Shown: piece by piece, positions 14,975-23,239 of the stretch
How the letters are laid out: each line of letters starts with the position of its first letter
Numbering within the stretch: position 1 is the first letter of the stretch
Origin: Planctomycetales bacterium
GTDB taxonomy: Bacteria > 4484-113 > JAFGCY01
NCBI GenBank assembly: GCA_022646745.1
Contig: CP060262.1
Location: 1,380,001 to 1,412,000 of the forward strand
Length of the DNA: 32,000 bases
Direction: 5' to 3'
Made by a program: the position numbers and the translations under genes
The notes under the pieces: model-generated
What the model was told of the DNA's origin: nothing
Seen by the model: only the letters and a program-made list of their open reading frames with translations
The model's database searches: none

Positions 14975-17533
14975 CTATCCCTTGACCACGAAGGTGATCA
15001 TCCGGCCGGGCACGAAGATTTCCTTGAGCACTTCCTTGCCCTCCAGCCAGCGCGCCACGTCGTCGTTGTTGCGGGCGGCGGCGATGCACTGTTCCTGCGT
15101 GGCATTGGCGGGCACGCTGATCCGGCCGCGCAGCTTGCCATTGACCTGCACCGGGATCTCCAGCGTGCTTTCAATCAGCATCGAGGGGTCGTGGATCGGC
15201 CACTCGCTGTCGGCGCACAGGCCCGGGCCGCCCAGCATCTCCCACAGCTCCTCCGCCACATGCGGCGCGAAGGGGCTCAGCAGCTGCGCAAAGCTCGTCA
15301 GCGCCACGCGGAAGGCCCCGCTGTGGTCAGTCTCACTGCACTGCTGCCAGAGCTTCTCCAGCTCGTTTAAGTACTCCATCTGCTTGGCGATCGCCGTGTT
15401 GAAGCGCCAGTTGGTCAGGTCCTCGGTCACGCCGGCCACAGCGCGGTGGCGCGCGCGTACGGCGGACTCCGCCGCCTCGGGCAGGCTGTCCGGATTGTTG
15501 TCAGCATTGGCAACCGCATCACCGAGGCGATAGACGCGGCGCAGGAAGCGCAGGCCGCCCTCCACGCCGGAGGTGGTCCACTCCAGGTCCTGGTCCGCCG
15601 GGCCGCCGAACAGGCCGAAGATGCGCGCGGTGTCGGCACCGTATTCATCGGCCAGCTCATCGGAACTGACGACGTTGCCCTTGCTCTTGGACATCTTCGC
15701 GCCGTCCTTGTAGACCATCCCCTGGTTGAACAGGCGGCGGAAGGGCTCGTTGCCAAGTTTCGGCAGCTCGCCGGCGAAGTCAGGACGCGACAGTTCCAGG
15801 TAACCCAGCTTCTGCAATACCATCGTGATGAAGCGGCTGTACAGCAGGTGGCCCACGGCATGCTCCTGGCCGCCGATGTAGTAGTCCACCGGCATCCAGG
15901 CAGCCACTTTTGCCGGGTCGAAGATGCGCTGCTCGTTATGCGGGTCGCAGAAGCGCAGGAAGTACCAGGCGCTGCACATGAAGGTCGTCATCGTGTCGGT
16001 GTCACGCTCGGCCTGGCCACCGCAGGCCGGGCACTTGGCGCGCTTCCAGTCCTCGTCGTTGGCCAGCGGGCTGACGCGGATGTCACTGTAGTCCGCCTCG
16101 CTGGGCAGGCGCACCGGCAGCTCGCTGTCCGGCACCGGCTGCCAGCCGCAGCCCTGGCAATGCACCATCGGGATCGGTGCGCCCCAGAAGCGCTGGCGGC
16201 CCATGTTCCAGTCGCGCAGGCGGTACTGCACCGCGCTGCCGCCCTTGTGGTGCTTCATCAGCCAGTTGTCCATCGCGGCCTTGGCCGTGTGGAAGTCCAT
16301 GTTGTCAAATTCGCCGGAGTTGACGCACACGCCCTTGCCGGTCCAGGCCTCGGCCTGCACGTCGCCACGCTCCGAGCCGTCGTCCGGCACCACCACCTCG
16401 CGGATCGGCAGGCCGAATTCCTTCGCGAAGGCATGGTCCCGAGTGTCATGCGCGGGCACTGCCATCACGGCCCCGGTGCCGAAGTCGCTGACGACGTAGT
16501 TCGTCGCCCAGACCGGGACCTCCTCGCCGTTGAAGGGGTTTACGCAGCTCACGCCCAGCGGGATGCCGCGCTTGGGCTTCTCCTCGGCGACCTTGAAGCG
16601 CACGTCCTCGCTGGCGCATTCCTCCTGGAATGTTGCCAACTGCCCGGTCGAGCCGCCGATGGTCGCCATCGCCTCCGCCAGCGGATGGTCCGGCGCGACA
16701 GCCATGAAGGTGCAGCCGAAGATCGTGTCAACGCGCGTCGTATAGATGCGCAGCACCGGCTCACTGCCATCCGGGCAGCTGTCCTTGATCGCCGGCACGG
16801 CGAAGTCCGCATGCGTGCCCTCGCTGCGCCCGATCCAGTTGGTCTGCAGCTTGACAACGCGCTGGGTCCAGCCCGGCAGGTCATCCAGCCCGTCCAGCAG
16901 CTCCTGCGCGTAGTCGGTGGTGCGCATCAGCCACTGGGCCATCTTCTTCTTGCTGACCTCGCGGTCGCAGCGCCAGCAGGCGCCGTCCTTCACCTCGTCA
17001 TTGGCCAGTACGCCATGCTCCTCGCACCAGTTGACCTCGATCTGCTTGCGGTAGACCAGGCCGTGGCGGTAGAAGGTGGTGAACAGCCACTGCGTCCACC
17101 TGTAGTAGTCGGGTGCAGAGGTGTTGACCTCGCGTGTCCAGTCGAAGCTGAAGCCGTAGCGCTTGAACTGGCGGCGTGCGGTGCTGATGCACTGGTCAAT
17201 CCAGTCCGCGGGCTGGATCTTCCTGTCAATCGCCGCCTGCTCGGCCGGCAGCCCGAAGCTGTCGTAGCCCATCGGGTGCATCACGTTGTAGCCCTTCATG
17301 CGCCAGAATCGGGCGATCGCGTCGCCAATCACGTAGTTGCGCACATGCCCGGCATGCAGGTTGCCGCTGGGGTAGGGGAACATCTGCAGCACGTACATCT
17401 TGGGACGCGGGTCACTGTCCGGCGCGACGAAGGTCCGGCGGTCCTCCCAGATGTCCTGCCACTTCTTCTCGATTGCAATGTGGTTGTAGCGCCCGGCGCG
17501 CTGGCCGCCCCGGGCAGTGTTGTCTGTATCCAT
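14975..17533 (-). CDS. leuS: leucine--tRNA ligase
   Basis: 852 aa. HIGH-type motif PYPSGNLHAGHVRNY, KMSKS motif KMSKSKGN and an N-terminal IEKKWQDIWE. Confidence 0.97.
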   Translation of the reverse strand: MDTDNTARGGQRAGRYNHIAIEKKWQDIWEDRRTFVAPDSDPRPKMYVLQMFPYPSGNLHAGHVRNYVIGDAIARFWRMKGYNVMHPMGYDSFGLPAEQAAIDRKIQPADWIDQCISTARRQFKRYGFSFDWTREVNTSAPDYYRWTQWLFTTFYRHGLVYRKQIEVNWCEEHGVLANDEVKDGACWRCDREVSKKKMAQWLMRTTDYAQELLDGLDDLPGWTQRVVKLQTNWIGRSEGTHADFAVPAIKDSCPDGSEPVLRIYTTRVDTIFGCTFMAVAPDHPLAEAMATIGGSTGQLATFQEECASEDVRFKVAEEKPKRGIPLGVSCVNPFNGEEVPVWATNYVVSDFGTGAVMAVPAHDTRDHAFAKEFGLPIREVVVPDDGSERGDVQAEAWTGKGVCVNSGEFDNMDFHTAKAAMDNWLMKHHKGGSAVQYRLRDWNMGRQRFWGAPIPMVHCQGCGWQPVPDSELPVRLPSEADYSDIRVSPLANDEDWKRAKCPACGGQAERDTDTMTTFMCSAWYFLRFCDPHNEQRIFDPAKVAAWMPVDYYIGGQEHAVGHLLYSRFITMVLQKLGYLELSRPDFAGELPKLGNEPFRRLFNQGMVYKDGAKMSKSKGNVVSSDELADEYGADTARIFGLFGGPADQDLEWTTSGVEGGLRFLRRVYRLGDAVANADNNPDSLPEAAESAVRARHRAVAGVTEDLTNWRFNTAIAKQMEYLNELEKLWQQCSETDHSGAFRVALTSFAQLLSPFAPHVAEELWEMLGGPGLCADSEWPIHDPSMLIESTLEIPVQVNGKLRGRISVPANATQEQCIAAARNNDDVARWLEGKEVLKEIFVPGRMITFVVKG

Positions 17534-17611
17534 CGTATTCTCCGGAAGGGGGCAGGGGATGCCCCGGTTCCAAGCTGCTCCGCATCCCGCGGAGTTCAGA
17601 TCACCGACCGC

Positions 17612-17637
17612 AAAAAATCAGCCCCGCAATGCGGGGC
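17612..17637 (-). terminator. rho-independent terminator for the 17725..18819 gene
   Basis: On the minus strand a gccccgc/gcggggc stem (17621..17627 with 17631..17637, 3-nt loop) is followed by tga and TTTTTT (plus-strand A-run 17612..17617). It lies 88 nt downstream of the stop codon. Confidence 0.75.
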
Positions 17638-17724
17638 CGACTAGAATCCAGTACTTGCTCTGAATGCTCATGATGGTCTGCCCTCTGGCATGGCTGCCAG
17701 CGGGCGAATTATACCCGCAGGAGC

Positions 17725-18819
17725 CTAGCGGGAGTAATGCACGCGCACCATCCAGTTTGTGTCAGCTTCGCTGTTCTCCGCTGACCATTCCTGCATCGCA
17801 CCGGTGATGCCGACGCTGGAGGCCTTGTTGCCGGAAAGGTCAGCGCCCAGCAGGAACTTCACGTCCGCCTCGCTGTGGGGCTGCACGATCACGTAGAAGG
17901 TCTTGGTCACTTCACGGTTGGGCACATCCAGCTTCGCCCAGCTGCCGGCCTCGTTGAAGGCGGTGTAGGGGATGGACATGCGCTTGATGATGTTCAGGCG
18001 GTCGTCCGCGATCACCACGCTGCAGTTGCGGTCAGTGCCGAACCAGTCAGCGCCAAGCTTGGCGTAGAGGTAGATCGCATCCACACTGCGCTTGCTGCTG
18101 TTCTCGAAGCGCACCATTGCACCGCTGCGGGCGAACTCTTCCCAGCCCTCGGCGCTGCCGTCATCGTAGAAGGCAAAGCCGCTGCCCTTCAGGTCATCGC
18201 TCTGGATACCCTGGCCGAGGCCGCTGTCCATCTTCACATCGACGCTGATCATCCAGTCCATCCGGTCGTTGCGGCGCAGCAGGCCGGCATCCGGGTCCTT
18301 CTCAATCTGTTCCTTGGTCATCAGCTTCGCCGTATAGCTTTGGCTCATATCGCCGGCGGAGGGAGCCAGCCCGATGTCCAGGCCGCGCTCGTCGTTGCTG
18401 CGGGTGTAGAGCACGATGCTGAATCCACCCTCGGGCAGCAGCAGCAGGTCGATCGGCACGTGGAACCAGCCGCCGTCCTCCGGGCAGTCCTTCAGGTTGA
18501 ACAGGGAAGTGCTATACACCACTGCGCTGTCGGGGATGTCCTCGATGCGCCGTGTCCTGTCGGTCTGCGGGCCGAACACCACGACTGAGCCGATCAGGTC
18601 GCCGACGTCACCGTAGCGGCGGCAGTAGAAGGACACCCCGTCCGCAAATGCGTAATTCCCGTACATTGACGAGGGGAAGTACGTCTGGTGGCCGTCGATG
18701 GCCATGTGCTCATAACTTGCAACGGGACCGTTCACGAAGCTGAACGTGCCCTCCTGGGCAAAGGCCACCTGCATCGAAAGCAGCAGCACGGTTGCCAGCA
18801 CTGTCAGGAAACGGAACAT
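17725..18819 (-). CDS. secreted protein of unknown function (signal peptide)
   Basis: MFRFLTVLATVLLLSMQVAFAQEG is a signal-peptide-like N-terminus. Start set at the ATG at 18819 because GGGAGGAG lies 7 nt upstream; the track start at 18843 is an upstream GTG. No recognisable domain. Confidence 0.65.
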   Translation of the reverse strand: MFRFLTVLATVLLLSMQVAFAQEGTFSFVNGPVASYEHMAIDGHQTYFPSSMYGNYAFADGVSFYCRRYGDVGDLIGSVVVFGPQTDRTRRIEDIPDSAVVYSTSLFNLKDCPEDGGWFHVPIDLLLLPEGGFSIVLYTRSNDERGLDIGLAPSAGDMSQSYTAKLMTKEQIEKDPDAGLLRRNDRMDWMISVDVKMDSGLGQGIQSDDLKGSGFAFYDDGSAEGWEEFARSGAMVRFENSSKRSVDAIYLYAKLGADWFGTDRNCSVVIADDRLNIIKRMSIPYTAFNEAGSWAKLDVPNREVTKTFYVIVQPHSEADVKFLLGADLSGNKASSVGITGAMQEWSAENSEADTNWMVRVHYSR

Positions 18820-18848
18820 GGACGATCTCCTCCCTACAAACACCGCTC

Positions 18849-18854
18849 ATTATA
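18849..18854 (-). promoter_or_regulatory. consensus TATAAT -10 box for the secreted-protein gene
   Basis: The rc of attata at 18849..18854 is TATAAT, 29 nt upstream of the ATG at 18819, with the Shine-Dalgarno sequence in between. Confidence 0.4.
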
Positions 18855-18886
18855 GCTTTCTGACCTGCACTGGAACAGGCCGGCGT

Positions 18887-19639
18887 TCAGCCGCGGTCCC
18901 AGGGATCAAGCCAGCTGCGGAAGGTCTCCAGGTCCTCGACCTTGTCGAGGTCCGCCGCGAGCTCCGGGCAGTCCACCACCGGTGCATGCACACTGGCACG
19001 GATCGCCCGGCTGAGCCGGCCCTCGGCATAGCTCAGTGAGGCCGTGCCGGTCATCACCCGCAGCAGGAAGTCCAGCCCCAGCAGGCTGGCCAGCGCCAGC
19101 GGGTTCTTGCGGTTGGCGAACAGGCTCTGCAGCCATTCACGGTTGCCCGCCAGCCATTCGCGCCTGATCCTGAAGACGTTTCCGCCGGTTACTGTGACGG
19201 TTTCCATGCGGCGGTATGTTCGCTTTCCGCCGGGGAACATCCGTTCCATGTCCTCGCGGCGCACCACCGGGTAGACCACGTCGGCATTGCGGCCCCCAGC
19301 CGCCTGCAGCATCGTACGGATGGAGTCCGCGCTCAGCAGCGGGATGTCACCGGCACTGAGCAGCACATGTTCGCTTGAGGTGATGGTGTCGAGCTTTTCC
19401 AGCAGGTCGCTGATCGGTCGGCCACTGTAGGGCAGGCGGTTGATCCAGGGGTAGTCCGGCAGCGGAATATCCTCACGCGTGATCACGTGCACCCGGCTGC
19501 ACCCGCCGCCGTCATGCAGCGCGACGGCGATGCGTTCCATGATGGTGATGCCGCCGACCTTCAGCAGCGGAATGAAGTGCACGCCCTGCTCCTGCAGGGC
19601 CGGGGACGCCGCCGCACCGGCAACGATGATCGCTTCCAC
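18887..19639 (-). CDS. MobA-like NTP-transferase family protein
   Basis: N-terminal IIVAGAAAS...IPLLKVGGITIMERI and LLSAGDIPLLSADSIRTML resemble the NTP_transf_3/MobA-like fold. Separated by 1 nt from the upstream HD-GYP-like gene. Confidence 0.6.
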   Translation of the reverse strand: MEAIIVAGAAASPALQEQGVHFIPLLKVGGITIMERIAVALHDGGGCSRVHVITREDIPLPDYPWINRLPYSGRPISDLLEKLDTITSSEHVLLSAGDIPLLSADSIRTMLQAAGGRNADVVYPVVRREDMERMFPGGKRTYRRMETVTVTGGNVFRIRREWLAGNREWLQSLFANRKNPLALASLLGLDFLLRVMTGTASLSYAEGRLSRAIRASVHAPVVDCPELAADLDKVEDLETFRSWLDPWDRG

Positions 19640-19640
19640 G

Positions 19641-20894
19641 CTAGTACTCTAGCACTGAGCCCCTGATGAAGATGCCGCTTTCAGCGGCCAGTTCGGTTTC
19701 CGGCAGAGGCTGGTTCTCGCTGTCCAGCCGGCAGACCACCGGCTTGAACATCGAGCGTTCCACCTGGCGGCGCACCAGCGCCAGCTCGCCGGTGTTCAGC
19801 CTCACGAGGCTGCCGTTCGGGAAGTAGCCGAAACGCCGCAGGAACATGTTCACGGCGGTGCTGCCGTAGGAGGTGCCACTCTGGCGGATCAGGTTGTCAG
19901 CCGCCTCGCGCGGGCTGAGCCGGCGCTGCCCGGGACGGCTGAAGATGCTGCTCGAATAGGCCGTTGCCAGCGCCCAGGTGTGGCTGTCCTCCGGGATCTG
20001 CTCGCCGCTGTAGCCATGCGGCAGGCCCAGCCCGTCGAAGCGCTCGTGCTGCAGCATCACATTCTCCATCACCGTGGAGTCCACATCCGTGCTGCTCTTG
20101 ATCCACTCGCAGTATTCAAGCAGTGTGTCCCGCAGGGTTCGCCTGTCCTGGACCTGCATCTCCAGCATCGGCTGCTGCAGGTTGTCAGGCAGCATGGTGT
20201 ACATGCCCTGCATCATGAACTGGCAACGTACGTGGTCCCGGATGTCGGAGTCCTGCGGGTTGCCGCGGGTCAGGTGGAACAGCTTTGACGACATCACCGT
20301 GCGTGCCGTCAGGTGCTCACCGTATGTGTTGATGTCCTCCATCCGGATGTAGCCGCGTCCGTTGCCAACAAGGTGCTCGCTCAGCTCATCCGCCTGGTGG
20401 TTGATGCGCTCCAGGTCTATCCGGTTGCGCATTGCCGAGCTGATCATGCTCGCCTGCAGCCCCTTGCGCACCTTTGTGTCGACGGAGCTCGGGATCATCT
20501 CCTTGAAGCCGGCCTGCTCGCGGATCTGGGTCTTCTGCGCGGCGAACATCTGTTCCTCAGCCGCACCTGGCTGGTTATGCTCGACGGGACGGGAGAAATG
20601 CTCACTGGACATCCAGCTGACTGATTCTTCGTCACTGAGCTTGCGGAAGTCCGGCGGGGCTATTTCCACTGCGCGTGCTGCGCTTTCCGCCGGCAGCTCA
20701 CTCGCGTTTTCATCCTCCACCACGCTGCGGTGGATCAGCACATACTCCAGGTTCATGCGGCGCAGGCGTTCGATCGCGGCTTCGTTCAGGACGGTGCCCT
20801 CGCGCAGCCAGACCATGCTGCCGGCCATCACGTCCTGGCCAAGCACCTGTCCGGCTTGCAGGTCAGCTGGTGCAATCTGGAGTGCATCCATCAT
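19641..20894 (-). CDS. HD-GYP-related domain protein with a DUF3391-like N-terminus; catalytic motifs degenerate
   Basis: N-terminus IAPADLQAGQVLGQDVMAGSMVWLREGTVLNEAAIERLRRMNLEYVLI. C-terminal QHERFDGLGLPHGYSGEQIP corresponds to HHExxDGxGYPxGLxGxxIP. Confidence 0.7.
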   Translation of the reverse strand: MMDALQIAPADLQAGQVLGQDVMAGSMVWLREGTVLNEAAIERLRRMNLEYVLIHRSVVEDENASELPAESAARAVEIAPPDFRKLSDEESVSWMSSEHFSRPVEHNQPGAAEEQMFAAQKTQIREQAGFKEMIPSSVDTKVRKGLQASMISSAMRNRIDLERINHQADELSEHLVGNGRGYIRMEDINTYGEHLTARTVMSSKLFHLTRGNPQDSDIRDHVRCQFMMQGMYTMLPDNLQQPMLEMQVQDRRTLRDTLLEYCEWIKSSTDVDSTVMENVMLQHERFDGLGLPHGYSGEQIPEDSHTWALATAYSSSIFSRPGQRRLSPREAADNLIRQSGTSYGSTAVNMFLRRFGYFPNGSLVRLNTGELALVRRQVERSMFKPVVCRLDSENQPLPETELAAESGIFIRGSVLEY

Positions 20895-21077
20895 GCATTT
20901 ACCTGCGGACAGTTGTTAAGAGTTTCAAGCATCGCCTTCTTTAGCCCTGGCCGGCATGTGCATGCTTGCGCGCAGCACAAAACCGACCCCTTTATTATCG
21001 GCACTATGTGCGATGCAGTGTCAGCTTTAACCTGAATGAAAACTGACTTTCAGTACAAGAGGCCGGGAACCAGCGGA

Positions 21078-22844
21078 TCAGGTGGTCGCCGCGTGGATCA
21101 TCATCAGCAGCTCTGCATTCGTCGAGGTCTGCAGCAGGCGGGTGATCAGGCGGCTCATGCGCTCGGCCTCATCCATGTCCGCCACCATCTTGCGCAGCTT
21201 CCAGACGATCTCCATCTCGTCGATCTTGTACAGCAGCTCCTCGTGGCGGGTACCGCTCTTCACGACGTCGATGGACGGGAAGATGCGCTTGTCCGCCAGC
21301 TCGCGGCTGAGGTGCAGCTCCATGTTGGCCGTGCCCTTGAACTCCTCGAAGATGATGTCGTCGAGGCGCGAGCCGGTTTCCACCAGCGCGGTGCACAGGA
21401 GCGTCAGTGAACCGCCGTTCTCGATGTTGCGGGCCGCGCCGAGGAAGCGCTTGGGCTTGTACAGCGAGTTGGGGTCGAGGCCGCCGGACAGGGTCTTGCC
21501 ACTCGGGGCGCAGGTCAGGTTGTATGCACGGGCCAGGCGGGTCAGGGAGTCCAAAAGCACCATCACGTCCTTGCCCTGCTCCACGCGGCGCTTGGCATAC
21601 TCGATCACGAGCTCGGCGGTCTGGATGTGGTTCTCGGGCTTCTCATCGAAGGTGGAGGAGATCACCTGGCCCTTGATGTTGCGCTCAAAGTCGGTGACTT
21701 CCTCGGGGCGCTCGTCGATCAGCAGCGCAATCAGCTCCACATCCGGGTGGTTGTGGGCGATGGCATCCGCGATCTTCTTCAGCATGATCGTCTTGCCGGC
21801 CTTCGGGCGGGCGGCGATGATGCCGCGGCTGCCCTTGCCGATCGGGGAGAACAGGTCGATCAGGCGGGTGCTGACCTCCTTCGAGGTGGTCTCCAGCAGC
21901 AGGCGGTGCTTGGGGTAGATCGGGGTCAGCTTGGAGAAGTTGATCCGCTCGCTGTCGGCGTCGAAGGGCTCACCGTTGATGCTCTCGATCTTGACCAGGC
22001 TCTGGTAGCGCTCCTGCTCGCGAGGGGAGCGGGCATAGCCCTCCACCAGGTCGCCGGTGCGCATGTTGAACTTCTTGATCTGGCTCATGGACACGTAGAT
22101 GTCCTGCTCGCCGTAGCCGAACTGCTTCTGGCGGATGAAGCCGTAGTTGGCGTCCTCGATGATCTCGAGGATGCCGGTGGTGATCTCCGCATTCTCCAGG
22201 TCGCGCGAGGCGCTGTTGCTCAGGCCACCCTGGACCTTGTCCCGGCCGCGGCGGCCATCATTGCGCAGCTGGCGGTCCTGCCGGTCCTGCCGGTCGGGAC
22301 GCTCCTGGCGATCCTGGCGGTTGTTGCGGACCTTGCCGCCACGCCCGTCCTGGATGTTGCTGGAGGGGTAGCGGTTGCTGGAGTCGGACTGCTCCCGCAT
22401 CGGGCGGCGGTTGTCGCGCCCGCCGTCACGGCCCTGGTCGCGCTTGTCCCGGCGTACGTCGTTGCGGCCACCGCGCATCGCGTTGCCGGACTGCGCCGGT
22501 GCGAAGCCCGAGGGCTCGTCCTCGATGTAGTCACTCTCATCATTCTGGCGGCTGGGCAGGTCGTAGTCCGTCGAGTTGGCAGCGGACTGTTCACGACGGG
22601 CCGCCGGCTCGGCAAAGGCGGGCTGTGCGCCGTCATCGTTGCCAGATCCGCCACGGTACTCCTGCGGCTCACGCTCAATCGTGGCCTGGCGCGGCGCGGG
22701 GCGGGGGCTCTCGGCGAGGATGAGGTCAACCAGTTCCTGCTTCTTGTACTTTCGCGGGTTCTTGATATCCCGCTCCCTGGCAAGCTCGTAGAGGCGTGAC
22801 AGGGTCATTCCGGACAATACGTCGGAGTTGAAATCGTCAGACAT
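21078..22844 (-). CDS. rho: transcription termination factor Rho with an N-terminal insertion of about 170 aa
   Basis: N-terminal MTLSRLYELARERDIKNPRKYKKQELVDLIL. OB/CSD-like GILEIIEDANYGFIRQ. Walker A GIIAARPKAGKT. LTRLARAYN. GGAGA Shine-Dalgarno 5 nt upstream of the ATG. Confidence 0.95.
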   Translation of the reverse strand: MSDDFNSDVLSGMTLSRLYELARERDIKNPRKYKKQELVDLILAESPRPAPRQATIEREPQEYRGGSGNDDGAQPAFAEPAARREQSAANSTDYDLPSRQNDESDYIEDEPSGFAPAQSGNAMRGGRNDVRRDKRDQGRDGGRDNRRPMREQSDSSNRYPSSNIQDGRGGKVRNNRQDRQERPDRQDRQDRQLRNDGRRGRDKVQGGLSNSASRDLENAEITTGILEIIEDANYGFIRQKQFGYGEQDIYVSMSQIKKFNMRTGDLVEGYARSPREQERYQSLVKIESINGEPFDADSERINFSKLTPIYPKHRLLLETTSKEVSTRLIDLFSPIGKGSRGIIAARPKAGKTIMLKKIADAIAHNHPDVELIALLIDERPEEVTDFERNIKGQVISSTFDEKPENHIQTAELVIEYAKRRVEQGKDVMVLLDSLTRLARAYNLTCAPSGKTLSGGLDPNSLYKPKRFLGAARNIENGGSLTLLCTALVETGSRLDDIIFEEFKGTANMELHLSRELADKRIFPSIDVVKSGTRHEELLYKIDEMEIVWKLRKMVADMDEAERMSRLITRLLQTSTNAELLMMIHAATT

Positions 22845-22989
22845 TGGGTCTCCAAAACGAAATGTGATCCATCATTTGACTCCCCTGGAAATCAAATGCA
22901 GGTGGGAAGGGAAAATCCGCTTGCTACGCAAGAACGTTTGTTGTCTGGGGTAGCATGTGCCGTAGGGGCACACAGACTGAAGCCGGGTG

Positions 22990-22998
22990 ATTATAACA
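22990..22998 (-). promoter_or_regulatory. extended -10 promoter element (TGtTATAAT) for rho, implying a leader of about 140 nt
   Basis: The rc of attataaca at 22990..22998 is TGTTATAAT. It lies about 145 nt upstream of the rho ATG at 22844. Confidence 0.45.
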
Positions 22999-23077
22999 CA
23001 GAGGTGGATAATCCCGGTCCCCGGCCGGTGTTGATCCCGCCGTCATTATGACTGAAGTTCAGCCGGAAAGGTTCTCA

Positions 23078-23097
23078 TTTCCGCGGAAATTCCGGAA
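23078..23097. promoter_or_regulatory. two adjacent perfect palindromes, TTTCCGCGGAAA and TTCCGGAA; candidate operator
   Basis: 23078..23089 tttccgcggaaa and 23090..23097 ttccggaa are each self-complementary. A further CCGGAAA half-site lies at 23063..23069. All lie in the rho / VIT-vWA divergent intergenic region. Confidence 0.35.
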
Positions 23098-23239
23098 AAT
23101 CTCCGCAACGTGCCCCGGTGCACCTGCGAACAGGGAGCAATCCCCCTGCGTCTCACTGGCAGGAATGGAGACGTTGGTGACCCGCCGCATAAGGGAAGAG
23201 CTGCGGGCCAGTCAATAAATCTGGAAACGGGAGTATCTC

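Noticed and set aside
17534-17611. Possible T-box or attenuator leader upstream of leuS
   Set aside because: The leader is under 80 nt and has only short GC hairpins (ggggatgcccc). It has no specifier or T-box sequence and no terminator-antiterminator pair.
15446-17644. 732-aa ORF on the + strand
   Set aside because: It lies entirely antisense to leuS, which has HIGH and KMSKS motifs. Its translation is Ala/Arg/Val/Gly/His-rich with no motifs, a typical high-GC shadow ORF.
22845-23239. Possible tRNA or riboswitch in the 395-nt rho / VIT-vWA intergenic region
   Set aside because: I could not fold any cloverleaf or recognise a known riboswitch core by eye. Only short hairpins, promoter-like hexamers and the palindromes reported separately are visible.
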